Shown here in pieces: positions 51,840-64,000 of a stretch of DNA of 64,000 nt. The stretch spans positions 6,080,001 through 6,144,000 of the forward strand of contig CP086569.2 of the NCBI GenBank assembly GCA_009914755.4, written 5' to 3'. The DNA is from the human T2T-CHM13v2.0 reference genome, Homo sapiens. The notes under the pieces were generated by a model. That model was given only the letters and a program-made list of their open reading frames with translations. It was not told where the DNA came from and did not search any database. Both the position numbers and the translations under genes were made by a program. Positions within the stretch are counted from its first letter, which is position 1. Every line of letters starts with the position of its first letter.

Positions 51840-54288
51840 GTGTTTAGAAGGAAATGCTAATGCAATGGATTCCATAAGCGCCTCTCTCCATGAACTGGGA
51901 AATGTTTAATGTGGAAGTCCTTGAGCCAGACACAGGAAACACTAGGCCGATGAGGTGGAGGCCCACATTCTATCCAGCATCAATCCATTCCACTCACATT
52001 TGGCTCTGAATATGAAAGCCCTCAAATCAGCAGTTTGTCAGGATATCCCGAATTTGCAGTCCAGATGTTTTGTGCACATTGGAGTCCTCCCACTTCAACA
52101 CTGCGCCTTGGTGGGGACTGCTTGTGCAATTAAGGGAATGAGGGGATGAAGTTTGAAACACCTTCTGTGTCATCTGTCTTCATTTTTATTGCAGGTGAAG
52201 TTGCAGGACCCATTCACTTCTCACCAGATTGGATCCTCCACCCTACCTGACCTTATTGCTGCTCACACTCTATGTTCCAGGATGAAGTCCCAAGACGATG
52301 GAGGAGTGCCCCCTCACAGCATGAAGCACCTCCTAGGCTGTCAACCGAATTCAAGGTAAATACAAGGGGCTCTGCGGACAGGACTGCTAGTGTCTCTACC
52401 TGGGTTGGCTACAGGACAATGAAACACTGGAAGATGTTTGTTTTTCAGTGTAGTGTGCTCCTCTTCTTTCTAGAAGAGTGGCTTTTTTTTTTTTGCAGGG
52501 GGAGGTGATTTGGATGGCGGTGGGATTTGGCAAGCTTCTAATTCACTGCGGATTCATGATCCGCAGATCAATAAAGAAAACACAGCCCAAGCAGACCCAA
52601 CAAACAGTCCACCAAAAGGTGTTGAGACTCAAGAAAAGTAGCGCTGAAGTGGATTAGCCACATTTCTTTAAGCAGACTCCACTTACAGGCACAAACACAC
52701 ACACACACACAGACAACACAAACACGCTGTGCCACACACACACGCAGACATCCAACATTTGCAACACTCCCACAGAAACACACAGTGAGGCAGCTCTAGA
52801 GGCTGTGTCATTCTGTAGGAAGCCCCACCTAAGAGAGAGCAACCCCAGGGAACACAGGTGGGCTGCACCTAGAAATCACAGCGGGGAAAGTTTCAAAAAC
52901 ACTCACCCCTACAATGTGTAGGCAGGCCTGAATAATCCTTCTGATATTTTTGGACGCTTAGGGATTTTGTGGTTTATTCCTGGGGCTGTGCTTGACATTT
53001 CTTCAGGCTGGCTCCCACTTGCCCTCTCCCAGGATTATGGAACTATCCCATGGATCCACAGAAAAGACAGGCAAGAGTCCCCTGTGGATGCACTTCCACA
53101 GAGGCCTCCTGCATTGCCAAGATGCAGGAACTTTTTGCTAGACAATGGTGACATTAATTGTGATGCTAGCCAGAGCTCACAATCAGGAATGGTGCCCTGA
53201 AACCAGCTTATATGCATTCATGAATCAGGCTCGGGCACCCAGCTGTCAGAGCTGTCAGCCTTCCTAAGCCAAGTAAAATACTACAGGCAGAGTTGTCCTG
53301 GTATCATGAAAAGGGAGGCCTGCAAAACCCACTATGAGAACCTAAAAGTCTTGACCTCAGCTCCCCTTCAGGCCATCTCTGTGGTCAGGTCCCACCAAAG
53401 GAGGAAGAATATCAATACTGTGAGGTGGTCTGTGGAAACTACTTTTCTGTCTCCCTTTTTGAAAGAGGCTGTGTGAAAGAATTATGTCCCGTGGACATTG
53501 GAATAAAGTCTAGTATGTTTTTGATGGTTCTTTGGATGATAGAATCATACCTGAAACCCCAGGGCCTGGTGTCAGTGAAAGATGGCCAGGACCTTGACCT
53601 CACTGCCTCCCTTCATCCTGAGCCTTGCAGAGCCTCTGTGGGAAAGCAGGAGCCACAGCAAAGGAAAGTCCAAGGTGGAGCCCTACTCTCAGGCCTTGGA
53701 CTGGCCACTCACAGGTGAAGACAAGGTTGAGACCAGTGTCTCAGAGGCCATCTGTGATGATGGCATGCCTAAAAAGGGTGTCCAGTAGTGCTGCTAAGGG
53801 GCACTGTGGATTCCCCATGAAAGCAAAGAAAAATTAAGGCTCACCTGAGAGAATGAGCTGCCTTGCGCTGGAGTCCAAGCAATGTTCAGTGATTCCTGTC
53901 AGAGGACCCAAAAACCTCCTGCAAACTGCAAGCAAACTTAGCCCCCAAAATAAGACCATGAACCACAAACTTGAGTGCAACCAGTCTCTGCAAAGTCACT
54001 TTTGCTCTCTGAAATCCCTGTTAGCAAAATAATCTGTGGCAAGAGGCAGTCCCATCCAGCAAGAGCTCAATGAAAGAACCCCTCCGCAGTGAGAAGGCTA
54101 TGCAGATGAAATGAAACAGAGGCTAGATTGCCAGGCAAAAACCCATACATGGCTGCCTGCTTCTCATCCTACAATAATCATGCAGCCCTCCAATAGAAGT
54201 GGGAGAACAAGTGTTTTCTTATTGGTGGCTGTAACAAGAATTTACTGTCTTAAAAGTATTAAAGCTTCCCAGTCATTAAAATATGACA
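51840..54288 (+). repeat. Macrosatellite unit U22 (2449 bp).
   Basis: Anchor to anchor. Small deletion near 51910-51950. Confidence 0.73.
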
Positions 54289-55704
54289 ATGTTTAGAAGG
54301 AAACAATCACACAGTGGATTCCCATGATGGTCGTTCTCCATGAACTGGGTAACGTTTAGTGTGGAAGTCATTGAGCCATACCCAGGAAACCCTAGCCTGA
54401 TGAGGAACATGAAAATCAGGAAACTAAGAGGGAAGTCTGGAGGCCATATCATACCCAGCATCAATCCAGTCCACTCCCATTTGGCTCCGGGTATGAAAGC
54501 TTTCAAATCTGGAGTTTGCCAGGGTTGCCCCAATTTGCACCCCAAATGTTCCTTGCACTGTGAAGTACTCCCATCTGAACATACAGTGATGGAGTTTGAA
54601 GCACCTTCTGTTTCATTTGTCTTCATTTTTCTGCAGGTGAGGTTGTGGGACCCTATCCACCGCTCACCAGATTGTATCCTCACACCTATCTGACCTCATT
54701 GCGGCTCACACTCTATGTCCCAGGATGAAATCCCAAGAAAATAGAGGAGTAACCCCTCATGATGTGAAGCACCTGCTCAGCTGGGAATTGAATTTGAGGT
54801 AAATTCATGGAGACCTGAGGACAAGACTGCTAGTGTGTCTCCCTGATTTGGCCACAGGAAAATGAAACACCGGGAGATATCTGCTTTTTGGTGAAAGAAT
54901 CTGATTTCCTGGGTATTGGAATGTAGTCTGGTGTGTTGATTAGTGTTCTTTGGGTGACAGAATCACACCTGAGACCCCAGAGATGGGTTCCAGTTGAAGA
55001 TGGCTGGACTCTAGATCTCACTGCCTACCTTTATTTTGGGCCTCGCAAGGGCTCTCTGGGACAGACCGGAACCACAACAAAGTCAAGTGTATGATTGAGG
55101 AGTGTTCTTGCACCTCAGACTTTCCACTATTGGGTGCAGATGAGGTTGAGTCAGTATCTCAGAAACGATGTGTGGTGATGGCAAGCCTGAAAAGGGTGTC
55201 CAGTAGCACTGTTGAAGGGCACTGTGGATTCACCCAATAAACCAAAAAAAAAAAAAAAAATTGGCTCACATGAGAGAATGTGCTGCCTCATGCTGAAATT
55301 TAAGCAATGTTCAATAATTCCTGCCAGAGGACCCAAAAGCCTCCTGCAAAGTGCAAGCAACCTCAGCCCCCATGAAGAGACAATTATGCACAACCTGGAG
55401 CACAGCGATTTTTCCTAAAGTCCCTTTTGCTGTGTGAAATCCTTGGCAGCTAAATAATCTGTGTAAGGCAGTCCCATCCAGCATCATCCCAACAAAGAGT
55501 ACCTCTACAATGAGAATGCCATGCAAAAGAAATGAAACTGAGGCTCTATTACCAGGCAAATCCAGACATGGCTGCCTGCTTCTCATCCTACAGAAATCAT
55601 GTGGCTTTCTGATAGAAGTGGGACAAGACTTTCCTTCTTGGTGGCTGTAATGGGAATTTATGGTTCTAAAAGTATTAAAGCTGCACAGTTATTCAAACCT
55701 GAGA
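54289..55704 (+). repeat. Macrosatellite unit U23 (1416 bp), with a ~1 kb internal deletion near 54895.
   Basis: Junction ctgctttttggtg|aaagaatctgatttcctgggtattggaatgtagtctgg jumps from unit position ~650 to ~1660. Confidence 0.7.
55244..55260 (+). repeat. Poly-A tract (17 nt) within a unit.
   Basis: accaaaaaaaaaaaaaaaaattggc. Confidence 0.8.
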
Positions 55705-58477
55705 GTGTTTAGAAGGAAACACTCATGCAATGGATTCCCATGAGGATCATTTTCCATGAACAGAGAAACATTTAGTATGGAAGTCATTGAGCCATACCCA
55801 GGAACCCCTAGGCTGATAAGGAACATAAAATCAAAAAAGGAGAGGCAAGTGTGGAGGCCACATCTTACCCATTATCAATCCTTTCCACTCCCATTTAGCT
55901 CCGGGTATGAAAACCCTCAAAACAGGAGTTTGCCAGTGTGACCCCAGTTGGCACTCCAAATATTTCTTGCCCATTGAAAATACTCTTACCAGAGCACCAG
56001 GCAATGGTGTGGACTGCTTGTGCAATTAAGGGAATGCTGGAATATATTTGGAAGCACCTTCTCTGTCATCTGTCTTCATTTTGTATTTTTGCAGGTGAAG
56101 TTGAAGGACACCATCCACCCCTCAGCAGATTATATCCTTTCCCATCTGACCCTATTTCTACTCACACTCTGTGTCCCAAGATGAAATCACAAGATGATGG
56201 AGAACTGCCCTCTCACGATGTGAAGCATCTGCTCAGCAGAGAACCAATTTGAGGTAAATTCAAGGGGCCCTTTGGACAAGATTGCTAGTGTCTCTCCCTA
56301 GTTTGGCCACAGTACAATCAAACTCTAGGAGATGCCTGCTTTTTTGATTTCATGTGCCCCTCTTCTATCAAGAAGAGTGGCTTTTTTTGCATGGGTGGGG
56401 GTGATTCGGACACCACCGCATCCCAGCCCACCTCCCAATTCACTGAGGATTCATGATATATGGAAGAATAAAGAACACAGAGCCCCACAGCCAAAGAAGA
56501 GACATCCAGACAGGCCATCAAAAGTGGTGAGGCTCAAAAAAAAAAAAATCACTGAAGTGCATTAGCCACATTCCTTTAAGCAGGCTCCACTCCACTTACA
56601 GGCACACACACACACACATGCAGAAATCAAGCACTCACAACATTCCCTCAGAAACACACAGCCCAGCAGCTCCTGCGGTTGTGTGGTTTTGCGGGAAGCC
56701 CCACCTGGGAGAGAGCAACCCCAGGGAACAAAGGCAGGCTATACCTAGAAATCACAGTGGGGCCAGTTTGAAAAAGACTCACCCCCTACAACATCTAGGC
56801 AGGCCTAAGGAATCCTGCAGATTATTTTGGATCCTCAGGGATTTGCAGTTTATTTCTGGGGCTCTGCTTGATATTATTTCAGGCTGGCTCATATCTGCCC
56901 TCTCCTTGGATCATGGGACTATCCTGTCGATTCCACAGGGAAGACATGGGACAGTCCACCGAAGACACACATCCACGGAGGTCCCTTTATCTGCCAAGCC
57001 ACAGGGACTTGTTGCTAGGCAACGGTGGCATTCACTGTGAGGCTAGCCAGAGCTCACAATCAGGCCTGGTGCTTTTAGACTAGGGTATGCACATTGTCAG
57101 GCAGGCCCAGATGCCCGGCTTTCAGAGCTGTCAATGGGCTTAAGCAGAGGAAAATGGTACAGGCAGAGCCAGCCTGGTATTGAGAAAAAGGCTGCCTATG
57201 AAAACCCACTTTGGGATCATAAAAGTCTCAACCTCAAGGCCTCTTTGGGGCATCTCCGTGGTCAGGTCCCACTGGAGGAAGAGGTGTTTCAAGACTGTGA
57301 GGTCATCGCCAGAAACTTATCTTCTGCCTCCATTTCAGAAAGAGGCTGTGTGCAAGAATTGGGTCCCACGGGTCTGGAATATTGTCTGGTGTGTTGTTGA
57401 GGGTTTGTTGGGTGACAGAATCATGCCTGAGACCCCAGACATTGGTGTCAGTGAAAGATGGCCAGGCTCTTGACCTCCCCCTCTCCCTTCATCCTGGGCC
57501 TTGCAGGGGCTCTCGGGGAAAGGCAGGAGTTACAAAGGCAAGTCCAAGGTGATGCAGTGTCCTCACACCTCTGACTGGCCTCACATGGTTGCAGATGAGG
57601 TTGAGATAGTGTCTCAGAGGCCAACTGTGGTGATAGCAAGCCTGAAAAAGGTGTCCAGTACATTGTGCTGGAGTTGAAGCATTGTTCAATGATCCTTTTC
57701 AGAGGACCCAAAAGCCCCTTCTGAAGTGCATACAACCTCAGCTCCCGCAATGAGACAATTACCCACAACCTGGGGAGCAGACTCTAGACCTCACTGAGTC
57801 CCTTCATCCTGTGCCTCACAGGGGCTCTCTGAGACAGACAGAAACCACGGCAAAGGTAAGTCCAAGGGGAAGCAGCATTCTCACACCTGGGACTGGCCTC
57901 TCACGTGTGCAGATGAGGTTGAGACAGTGTCTCAGAGGCCATCTGTGGTGATGGCAAGACTGAAGAATGTGTCCAGTAGTGCTTTTGAGGGGCACTGTGG
58001 ATTCCCCATGAAAACAGAAAAACTAAGGCTTGACTCAGAAAAATAGCTGCTTTGAGCTGGAGTCCAAGCAATGTTCAATGATTCCTGTTAGAGGACCCAG
58101 AAGCCTCCTGCAAAGTGCAAAAAAACCTCAGTCCCCATAACAAGACAATGACCCACAACCTGGAGCACATCCAGCCTACCCAAAGTCCCTTTTGCTTTCT
58201 GAAATTTCTGGCAGCAAAATAATCTGTTGTGAGAGGCCATCCCTTCCAGCAACAGCCCAGTGATAGAGCTCCTCCACAATGAGAAGGTCATGCAGTTGAA
58301 ATGAAACTGAGGCTAGATTCCCAGGCAAAAGCCAGACTTGGGTGTCAGCTTCTCATCCTATGGGAATCATGCAGCCCTCCAATAGAAGTGAAAGATCAAG
58401 AGGTTTCTTGTTGGCAGCTGTAATGGGAATTTACAATTTTAAAAGTATCAAACTTGCCTAGTCATTAAAATGTGACA
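55705..58477 (+). repeat. Macrosatellite unit U24 (2773 bp), lengthened by an internal ~330 bp tandem duplication (about 57462-58160).
   Basis: The module tcttgacctcactgcctcccttcatcctg.gcc...caggtgcagatgaggttgagacagtgtctcagagg...caacctggagc occurs twice back to back, at ~57462-57780 and ~57781-58160. The first copy has a ~100 bp deletion. Confidence 0.65.
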
Positions 58478-58854
58478 GTTTTTAGAAGAAAACACTCAGG
58501 CAATGCATTCCCATGAGGGTCACACTTTGGGAACTGAGAAACATTTAGTGTGGAAGTTGTTGAGCCAGACCAAGGAAGCCCTAGGCCAATGTGGAATATG
58601 GAAGTCAGAAAAAGAAGAGGCAAGTGTAGATGCCACATGCCACCCAGCATCAATCAATTCCACTCCGATTTGCCTCTGGGTATGAAAAACCTCAAATCAA
58701 GAGTTTGCCAGGAGGGCCCCAATTTTCATTCCAAATGTTGCTTACATAATGAAGTACTCCCACCTGAACACTGGGCCATGGTGTGGACTGCTTGTGCAAT
58801 TAAGGGAATGCTGGGATGGAGTTGGAAGCACCTGCTATGTCATCTGTCTTCATT

Positions 58855-58884
58855 TACTAATTAATTAATTAATTTATTTATTTT
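58855..58884 (+). repeat. (TAAT)n/(ATTT)n microsatellite replacing the usual poly-T tract upstream of gcagg.
   Basis: ttactaattaattaattaatttatttatttttgcagg. Confidence 0.8.
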
Positions 58885-59162
58885 TGCAGGCAAAGTTGCT
58901 GGACCCAGTTCACCCCTCACAAGATTGTATCCTCACTCCTCTCTGACCTTATTGTGGCTCATACTCTATGTCCCAGAATGAAATCCCAAGATGATGGAAA
59001 AATATCCCTTCATGATGTGAAGCACCTGCTCAGCAATGAAATGAATTTGAGGTAAATTCAAGGGGCAACCAGAAGTTTGGAAGACTCAAAAAAAGAAGCA
59101 CTGAAGTGCATTATCCACAGTCCTTTAAGCAGACTCCAGTTAAAGGCAAACACACACACACT

Positions 59163-59183
59163 CACACACACACACACACACAC
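59163..59183 (+). repeat. (CA)10 microsatellite at the fixed intra-unit position.
   Basis: ctcacacacacacacacacacacaccc. Confidence 0.85.
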
Positions 59184-60453
59184 CCCTAAGCACACAATGG
59201 CACACACACATGCAGACATCCAACACTCACAACATTTTCACAGAAACAAGCAGCCTGGTAGCTCCTGAGTTTGGTTGGTTCTTCAGGAAGACCCACCTAG
59301 GAGAGAGCAACACCAGAGAATACAGTCAGGGTGTACCTAGAAATCACAGTGGGGCAAGTTTCAAAACTACTCACCCCCACAACATCTAGGCAGACCTGAG
59401 GAGACTTGCAGATCTTTTTGATCATTAAGGATTTCACGGTTTATTCCTGGAGCAGAGCCAGCCTAGTACTGGGGAAAATGCTGCCTCAGAAAACTCACTA
59501 TCAGACCATAAAAGTCTTCACCTCAGGCCCCCTTTGGGCTGTCTCCGTGGTTGGGTCTCGCTGGAGGAAGAGGCATTTTGAGACTGCGAGGTGATCATTG
59601 GAAACTGCTCTTCTGGCTCCATTCCAGAAAGAAACTGTGTGCAAGAGTCAGATCCCATGGGGATTGGAATATAGCCTGGTAGGTTGTTTAGAATTTTTGG
59701 GTGATAGATTTATACCTGAAACCTGAGACCACAGAGCCAGGTGTCAGTGAAAGATAGCCAAGCTCTTGACCTCACTGCTTCCCTTTATCTTGACCTCACT
59801 GGGGCTTTCTGGGAAAGGCAGAATCCAAGACAAAGTTAAGACTAAGGTATTACAGTATTCCCACACCTCAGACTGGCCTCTCACGGGTGCAGATAAGGTT
59901 GAGACAGTGTCTTAGAGGCCCTCTGTGGTGATGGCAAGCCTGAAAAGGGTGTCCAGTAGTGCTGATGAGGGGCACTGTGGATTCCCCAAGAAAGCAAAGA
60001 ACAATCAAGGCTCACCTGAGAAAATGAGTGCCTTTTGCTGGAGTATAAGCAATGTTCAATGATTCTTGTCAGAGGACTCAAATCTTGCAAAGTGCAAACA
60101 ACCTCAGCCCGCACAATGATGCAATCACCCACAACCTGGAGTGCAACCAGCCTACCCAAAGTCCCTTTTGCACTTTGAAATCCCTGACAGCTAAATAATT
60201 TGTGGAGAGAGGTAGTCACATCTGGCAATAGCCCAATGAAATTGTCTCTCCACAATGAGAAAGGATATGCAGATACAATGAAACACATCCTAGATTACCA
60301 AGCAAAAGCCAGACACACCGGCCTCCTTCTCATGCTCCAGGAATACACTGTCCTCTGATAAAAGTTGGAGAGCAACAGTTTCTTTTCCCACAACTGTAAT
60401 GGGAATTTATGGTTTTACATATATCAAAGCAGCCCAGTCATTAAAATGTGACA

Positions 60454-62909
60454 GTGTTTGTAAGGAAACATTCGTGCAACGGATTCCCATGAGTGTCATC
60501 CTCTGTGAACTAGGAAACATTTAGTGTGCAAGACATTTAGCCAGACCCAGGAAACCCTAGGCAGATGGGGAACATGGAAGTCAGGAAAAGAAGAGGCAAG
60601 TGTGGAGGCCACATCCCACCCAGCATCAATCCATCCCACTCCCATTCGGCTATCATAATGAATCTGGGGTTTGCCCAGATGGCCCCAGTTTGCACTCCAA
60701 ATGTTCCTTTCATGTTGGAGTACTCCCAGATGAACATGGGGCCATGGTGTGCGCTGCTGATGCAATTAAGGGAATGCAGCGATGGAGTTTGAAGCAACTT
60801 CTGTTTCATCTGTCTTCACCTTTTTTGCAGTTGAAGGTGCTGGACCCCATACACCCCTCACCAGACAGTGTCCTAACCCCTCTCTTACCTTATTGCTGCT
60901 CACACCCTCTTTGCCAGAATGAAATTCCAAGAAAATGGAGTGTCCCCTGTTGACTTTAAGCACCTGCTCGGCTGGGGATGGAATTCAATGTAAATTCAAG
61001 GGGTCCTGCAGAGAAGACTGCTAGTGTCTCTCCTTGGGTTAGCGTGAAACACTGAGAGATGTTGGTCTTGGGTATGACGTGCTGCTCTTCTTTCTGGAAA
61101 AGTAAATTTTTTTCAGGGGGAGGTGATTTGGACTCTGGCTCATCTTGGTCAGACTCCTAATTCACTACAGATTCATGATCCACAGAAAAATAAAGAACAC
61201 GGAGCCTTGCATCCCAAGCAGAACCACACACACAGGCAAACAAATGTTAGGTTACTCAAAAAAAAAAAAAAAGGAAGAAGAAGTGCTGCAATGCATTGCC
61301 CACATTATTTTAAGCAGACTCCACTAACAGGCACACACTCCCACACACACACCCACAAATACACAAAGCCACACACACAAGCAGACATCCACTACTAGCA
61401 GCACTCCCACAGAAACAGCAAGCCAGCTTCTGAGGCTGCATGGTTCTGCAGGCAGACACATCTGGGAAACAGCTACCCTAGGGAACACAGGTGGGCTATA
61501 TGTAGTAATCATTTTGAGACAAGTTTTAAAAAGAGTAACCCCTGAAACATGTAACCAGGCTGGAGGCAACCTGCATATCCTTTTGGATCCTTAGGGATTT
61601 CACGGTTCATTCCTGGAACTCTCCTTGATGTTCCTTCGGGCTGGCTCACATCTACCATCTACTAGAATCATGGCACTGTCCTGTGTATCCCACAGAAAAG
61701 ACAGGCAAGAGTCCACCACTGACACACCTCCACAGAGGTCTCATTCTCCACAAAGGTGCAGGGACTTGTCGCTAGGCAATGGTTCCATTTATTGTGACAC
61801 TAGCCAGAGCTCACTGCTCAGGCCTGGTGCTTTAAGACTAGCTCATGCACATTCATGAGACAGGATCAGGTGCCTGCCTGTCAGAGCCATCAGCTGCCTA
61901 AGCAGAGGAAAATGGTACAGGCAGAGCCGTCCTGGTATTGAGAAAAAGGTTGCCTGCATGACCCTAAAAGTCTCAAACTTATTGCCCCATCGGGTCGTCT
62001 TGGTGGTGGAGTTCTGGTGGAAGAGGAGGTATTTAGAAGCTATGAGGTGGTCACTGGAAACTGTTGTTCTGACTCCATTCCTGAAAGAGACCATGTGCAA
62101 GAACCAGGTCCCATGGGGATTGGGACAGGGGCCAGTGAGTTGTTGAGGGTTCTTTATGTGATGGAATCACACCTGAGACCCCAGAGGCAGGTGTCTGCAA
62201 AAGATGGCTGGGCTCTTGACCTCACTGCCTCCCTTCATCCTGGGCCTTGCAGGGGCTCTCTGGGAAAGGCAAGAACCACTACAAAGGCAATTTCAAGGTG
62301 GAGCAGTGTTCTCTCACCTCGAACTGGCCTTGCCTATAGGCAGATGAAGTTGTGACAGTGTCTCAGAGGCCATCTGTGGCAATTGCAAACCTGAAAATGG
62401 TGTCCAGTAGTTCAGTTGATGGGCAATGTGGAATCCCTAGGAAAGCCAAGAAAAATCAATGCTTACCTGAGAGAACAAGCTGCAAAATGCTGGAGTCAAA
62501 GCAATGTTCAATGATTCTTGTCAGAGGACTCAAAATCCTCCTGCAAACTGCAAAAATCTTCACCCCCAACAATGCAACCATGACCCACAACCTGGAGCTC
62601 AGCCAGTCTCTCTGAAGTCTTCTTTGCTGTCTGAAATTCCTTGCAGTCAAAAGACCTGCAGTGAGAGGGAGTCCCATCCAGCAACAGCCCATTGAAAGAG
62701 ACCCGTGACAATATGAAAAGACGTGCAGATGAAACGAAACAGAGCCAAGATTACCAGGCAAATATTAGACACAGTTGCCTGCTTCTCATTCCATATGAAT
62801 CAAGCCACCCTCCGATAGAAGTGGGAAAACAAGAGTTTCCCTGTTGGCAGCTCTAAAGGAATTTACAGTTTTAAAAATATTAAAGCTGCCAAGTCATTAA
62901 AATGTGACA
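60454..62909 (+). repeat. Macrosatellite unit U26 (2456 bp).
   Basis: Anchor to anchor. Confidence 0.75.
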
Positions 62910-63434
62910 GTGTTTAGAAGAAAACAATCACACAATGGATTCCTATGAGGGTCATCCTTTGTGAACTGGGAGATGTTTAGTATGGAAGACAATGAGCCAG
63001 ACCAAGGAAACCCTAATTCAATGAGGAAGATCGAAGTCAGAAAAAAAAAGAGCAACTGTGGAGGCCACATCCCACCCAGCATCAATCCATCCCACTCCCA
63101 TTTGGCCCGGTGTTTGAAAGCCCTCTAAGTGCACAGCCCCAGTTTGTACTCTACATGTTCATGGCATGTTGGAGAACTCCCACTTGAACACCGGGCCCTG
63201 GTGTGCATGGCTTGTGCAATTAAGAGGATGTGGTAATGCAGTTGCAAGGAACTTCTGTGTCATCTGTCTTCACCTTTTTTGCAGGTGCACTTGCGGGACA
63301 CAATCCACACCTCACCAGATTGTGTCCTCTTCTCTATCTGACCTTATAGCTGCTCACACTCTCTGTCCCAGAATGAAAGCCCAAGATGATGGAGTAGTGC
63401 TCCCTCATGACATAAAGCACCTGCTTGGCTGGTC
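62910..63434 (+). repeat. Macrosatellite unit U27, partial (first ~525 bp). This is the terminal unit and the array ends here.
   Basis: Unit sequence continues to cataaagcacctgcttggctgg. It is then replaced by non-repeat sequence tctcatgtattgattaatcatacc where ggaaccaaattcgaggtaaattcaagg is expected. Confidence 0.75.
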
Positions 63435-64000
63435 TCATGTATTGATTAATCATACCTATAATTGTTAACATTCATTGTGAAACATAATGTTTCATTTTTC
63501 TTCCTTATTCTCCACCATTTGTTTTCTTCTCAGATTAGTTATAGTTTGTAAATTATTTTGTCAAACATATGCAATAAGGTAACACCGCAGTATTGCAGAA
63601 TACACTGCATTGGAAACAGATTCATATTGGAATGGGAAAACATCCCTTATTACCTGCAGCTGGGAGATCAATAAGGATGGGATCTGGGGTTCTGACCCCA
63701 GGTACCATCTATGGGTGAATGCTTACACTTCTTGAATCCCTAGCGGGCATGTGTTACACGGTGCTAATTTAGTTTATCCATCTGTAGGCTACTAGTGTTA
63801 ATTCAATTAGACACCCTGCCTTACTGCAAGGACAGAGGGCTTTCCACATCCTGAGCTTATCTGCTTTGCTGTACCTGAAAAATTGGCTCACACATGGGCT
63901 TGGAGAATAAGTGCAAGGTTTCATTGATTGGAAGTGCTCAGCATATGGATGGGGAGCCAGAATGGAGATGGAGTGGGAACGTGGTTTTCCCTTGGAATGG
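63435..64000. other. Non-repetitive flank just past the array end. No recognisable gene or transposable element by eye.
   Basis: The sequence from tctcatgtattgattaatcatacctataattgttaac onward has no counterpart in any unit. I did not recognise an Alu, L1 or LTR signature. Confidence 0.55.

Larger units (their letters stand above)
58478..60453 (+). repeat. Macrosatellite unit U25 (1976 bp), with two internal deletions (~280 bp near 59075 and ~450 bp near 59450).
   Basis: Junctions aattcaaggggc|aaccagaagtttggaagactc and gtttattcctgg|agcagagccagcctagtactgg. Confidence 0.68.

Noticed and set aside
63478-63494. Small palindrome tgaaacataatgtttca in the flank.
   Set aside because: It has 7 bp arms and occurs once. 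This is compatible with chance in AT-rich sequence, and there is no supporting context.

Overview
This window is not prokaryotic accessory DNA and contains no defence or other gene system. It is primate (human-type) genomic DNA occupied almost entirely by one head-to-tail tandem array (a macrosatellite) with a repeat unit of about 2.4 kb. I count 26 complete or internally rearranged units plus partial units at both edges. The array enters the window mid-unit at position 1 and continues upstream, and it ends abruptly mid-unit at about 63434; positions 63435-64000 are non-repetitive flank. All units share one orientation. Every unit carries a (CA)n microsatellite and a poly-T/(TTTG)n tract at fixed positions, together with conserved splice-site-like motifs that flank a roughly 210 bp exon-like module. 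Units are strongly diverged from one another (by eye about 15-25 percent) and CpG-depleted, so the array is old and not homogenised. Several units have internal deletions, local duplications or triplications, and one deletion spans a unit boundary. Two independent LINE-1 (L1, L1PA-like) insertions interrupt the array. The first is a roughly 3.15 kb minus-oriented 3' portion with a 5' inverted segment, the classic twin-priming structure (18725-21879). The second is a 0.73 kb plus-oriented 3' fragment with an intact ORF2 C-terminus, a roughly 110 bp AT-rich segment between two poly-A tracts that resembles a 3' transduction, and a perfect 14 bp target-site duplication (48545-49397). Both L1s used the same TTTC|AAAAAG motif of the repeat unit, on opposite strands. 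I saw no Alu, tRNA, rRNA or credible cellular protein-coding gene. Apart from the L1 ORF2 remnants, all six-frame ORFs are chance ORFs in repeat DNA, and their frames are not conserved between units. The family may be SST1/MER22-type, but I cannot verify that from memory. Unit boundaries are approximate (about +/-10 bp), and I may have missed small degenerate elements.
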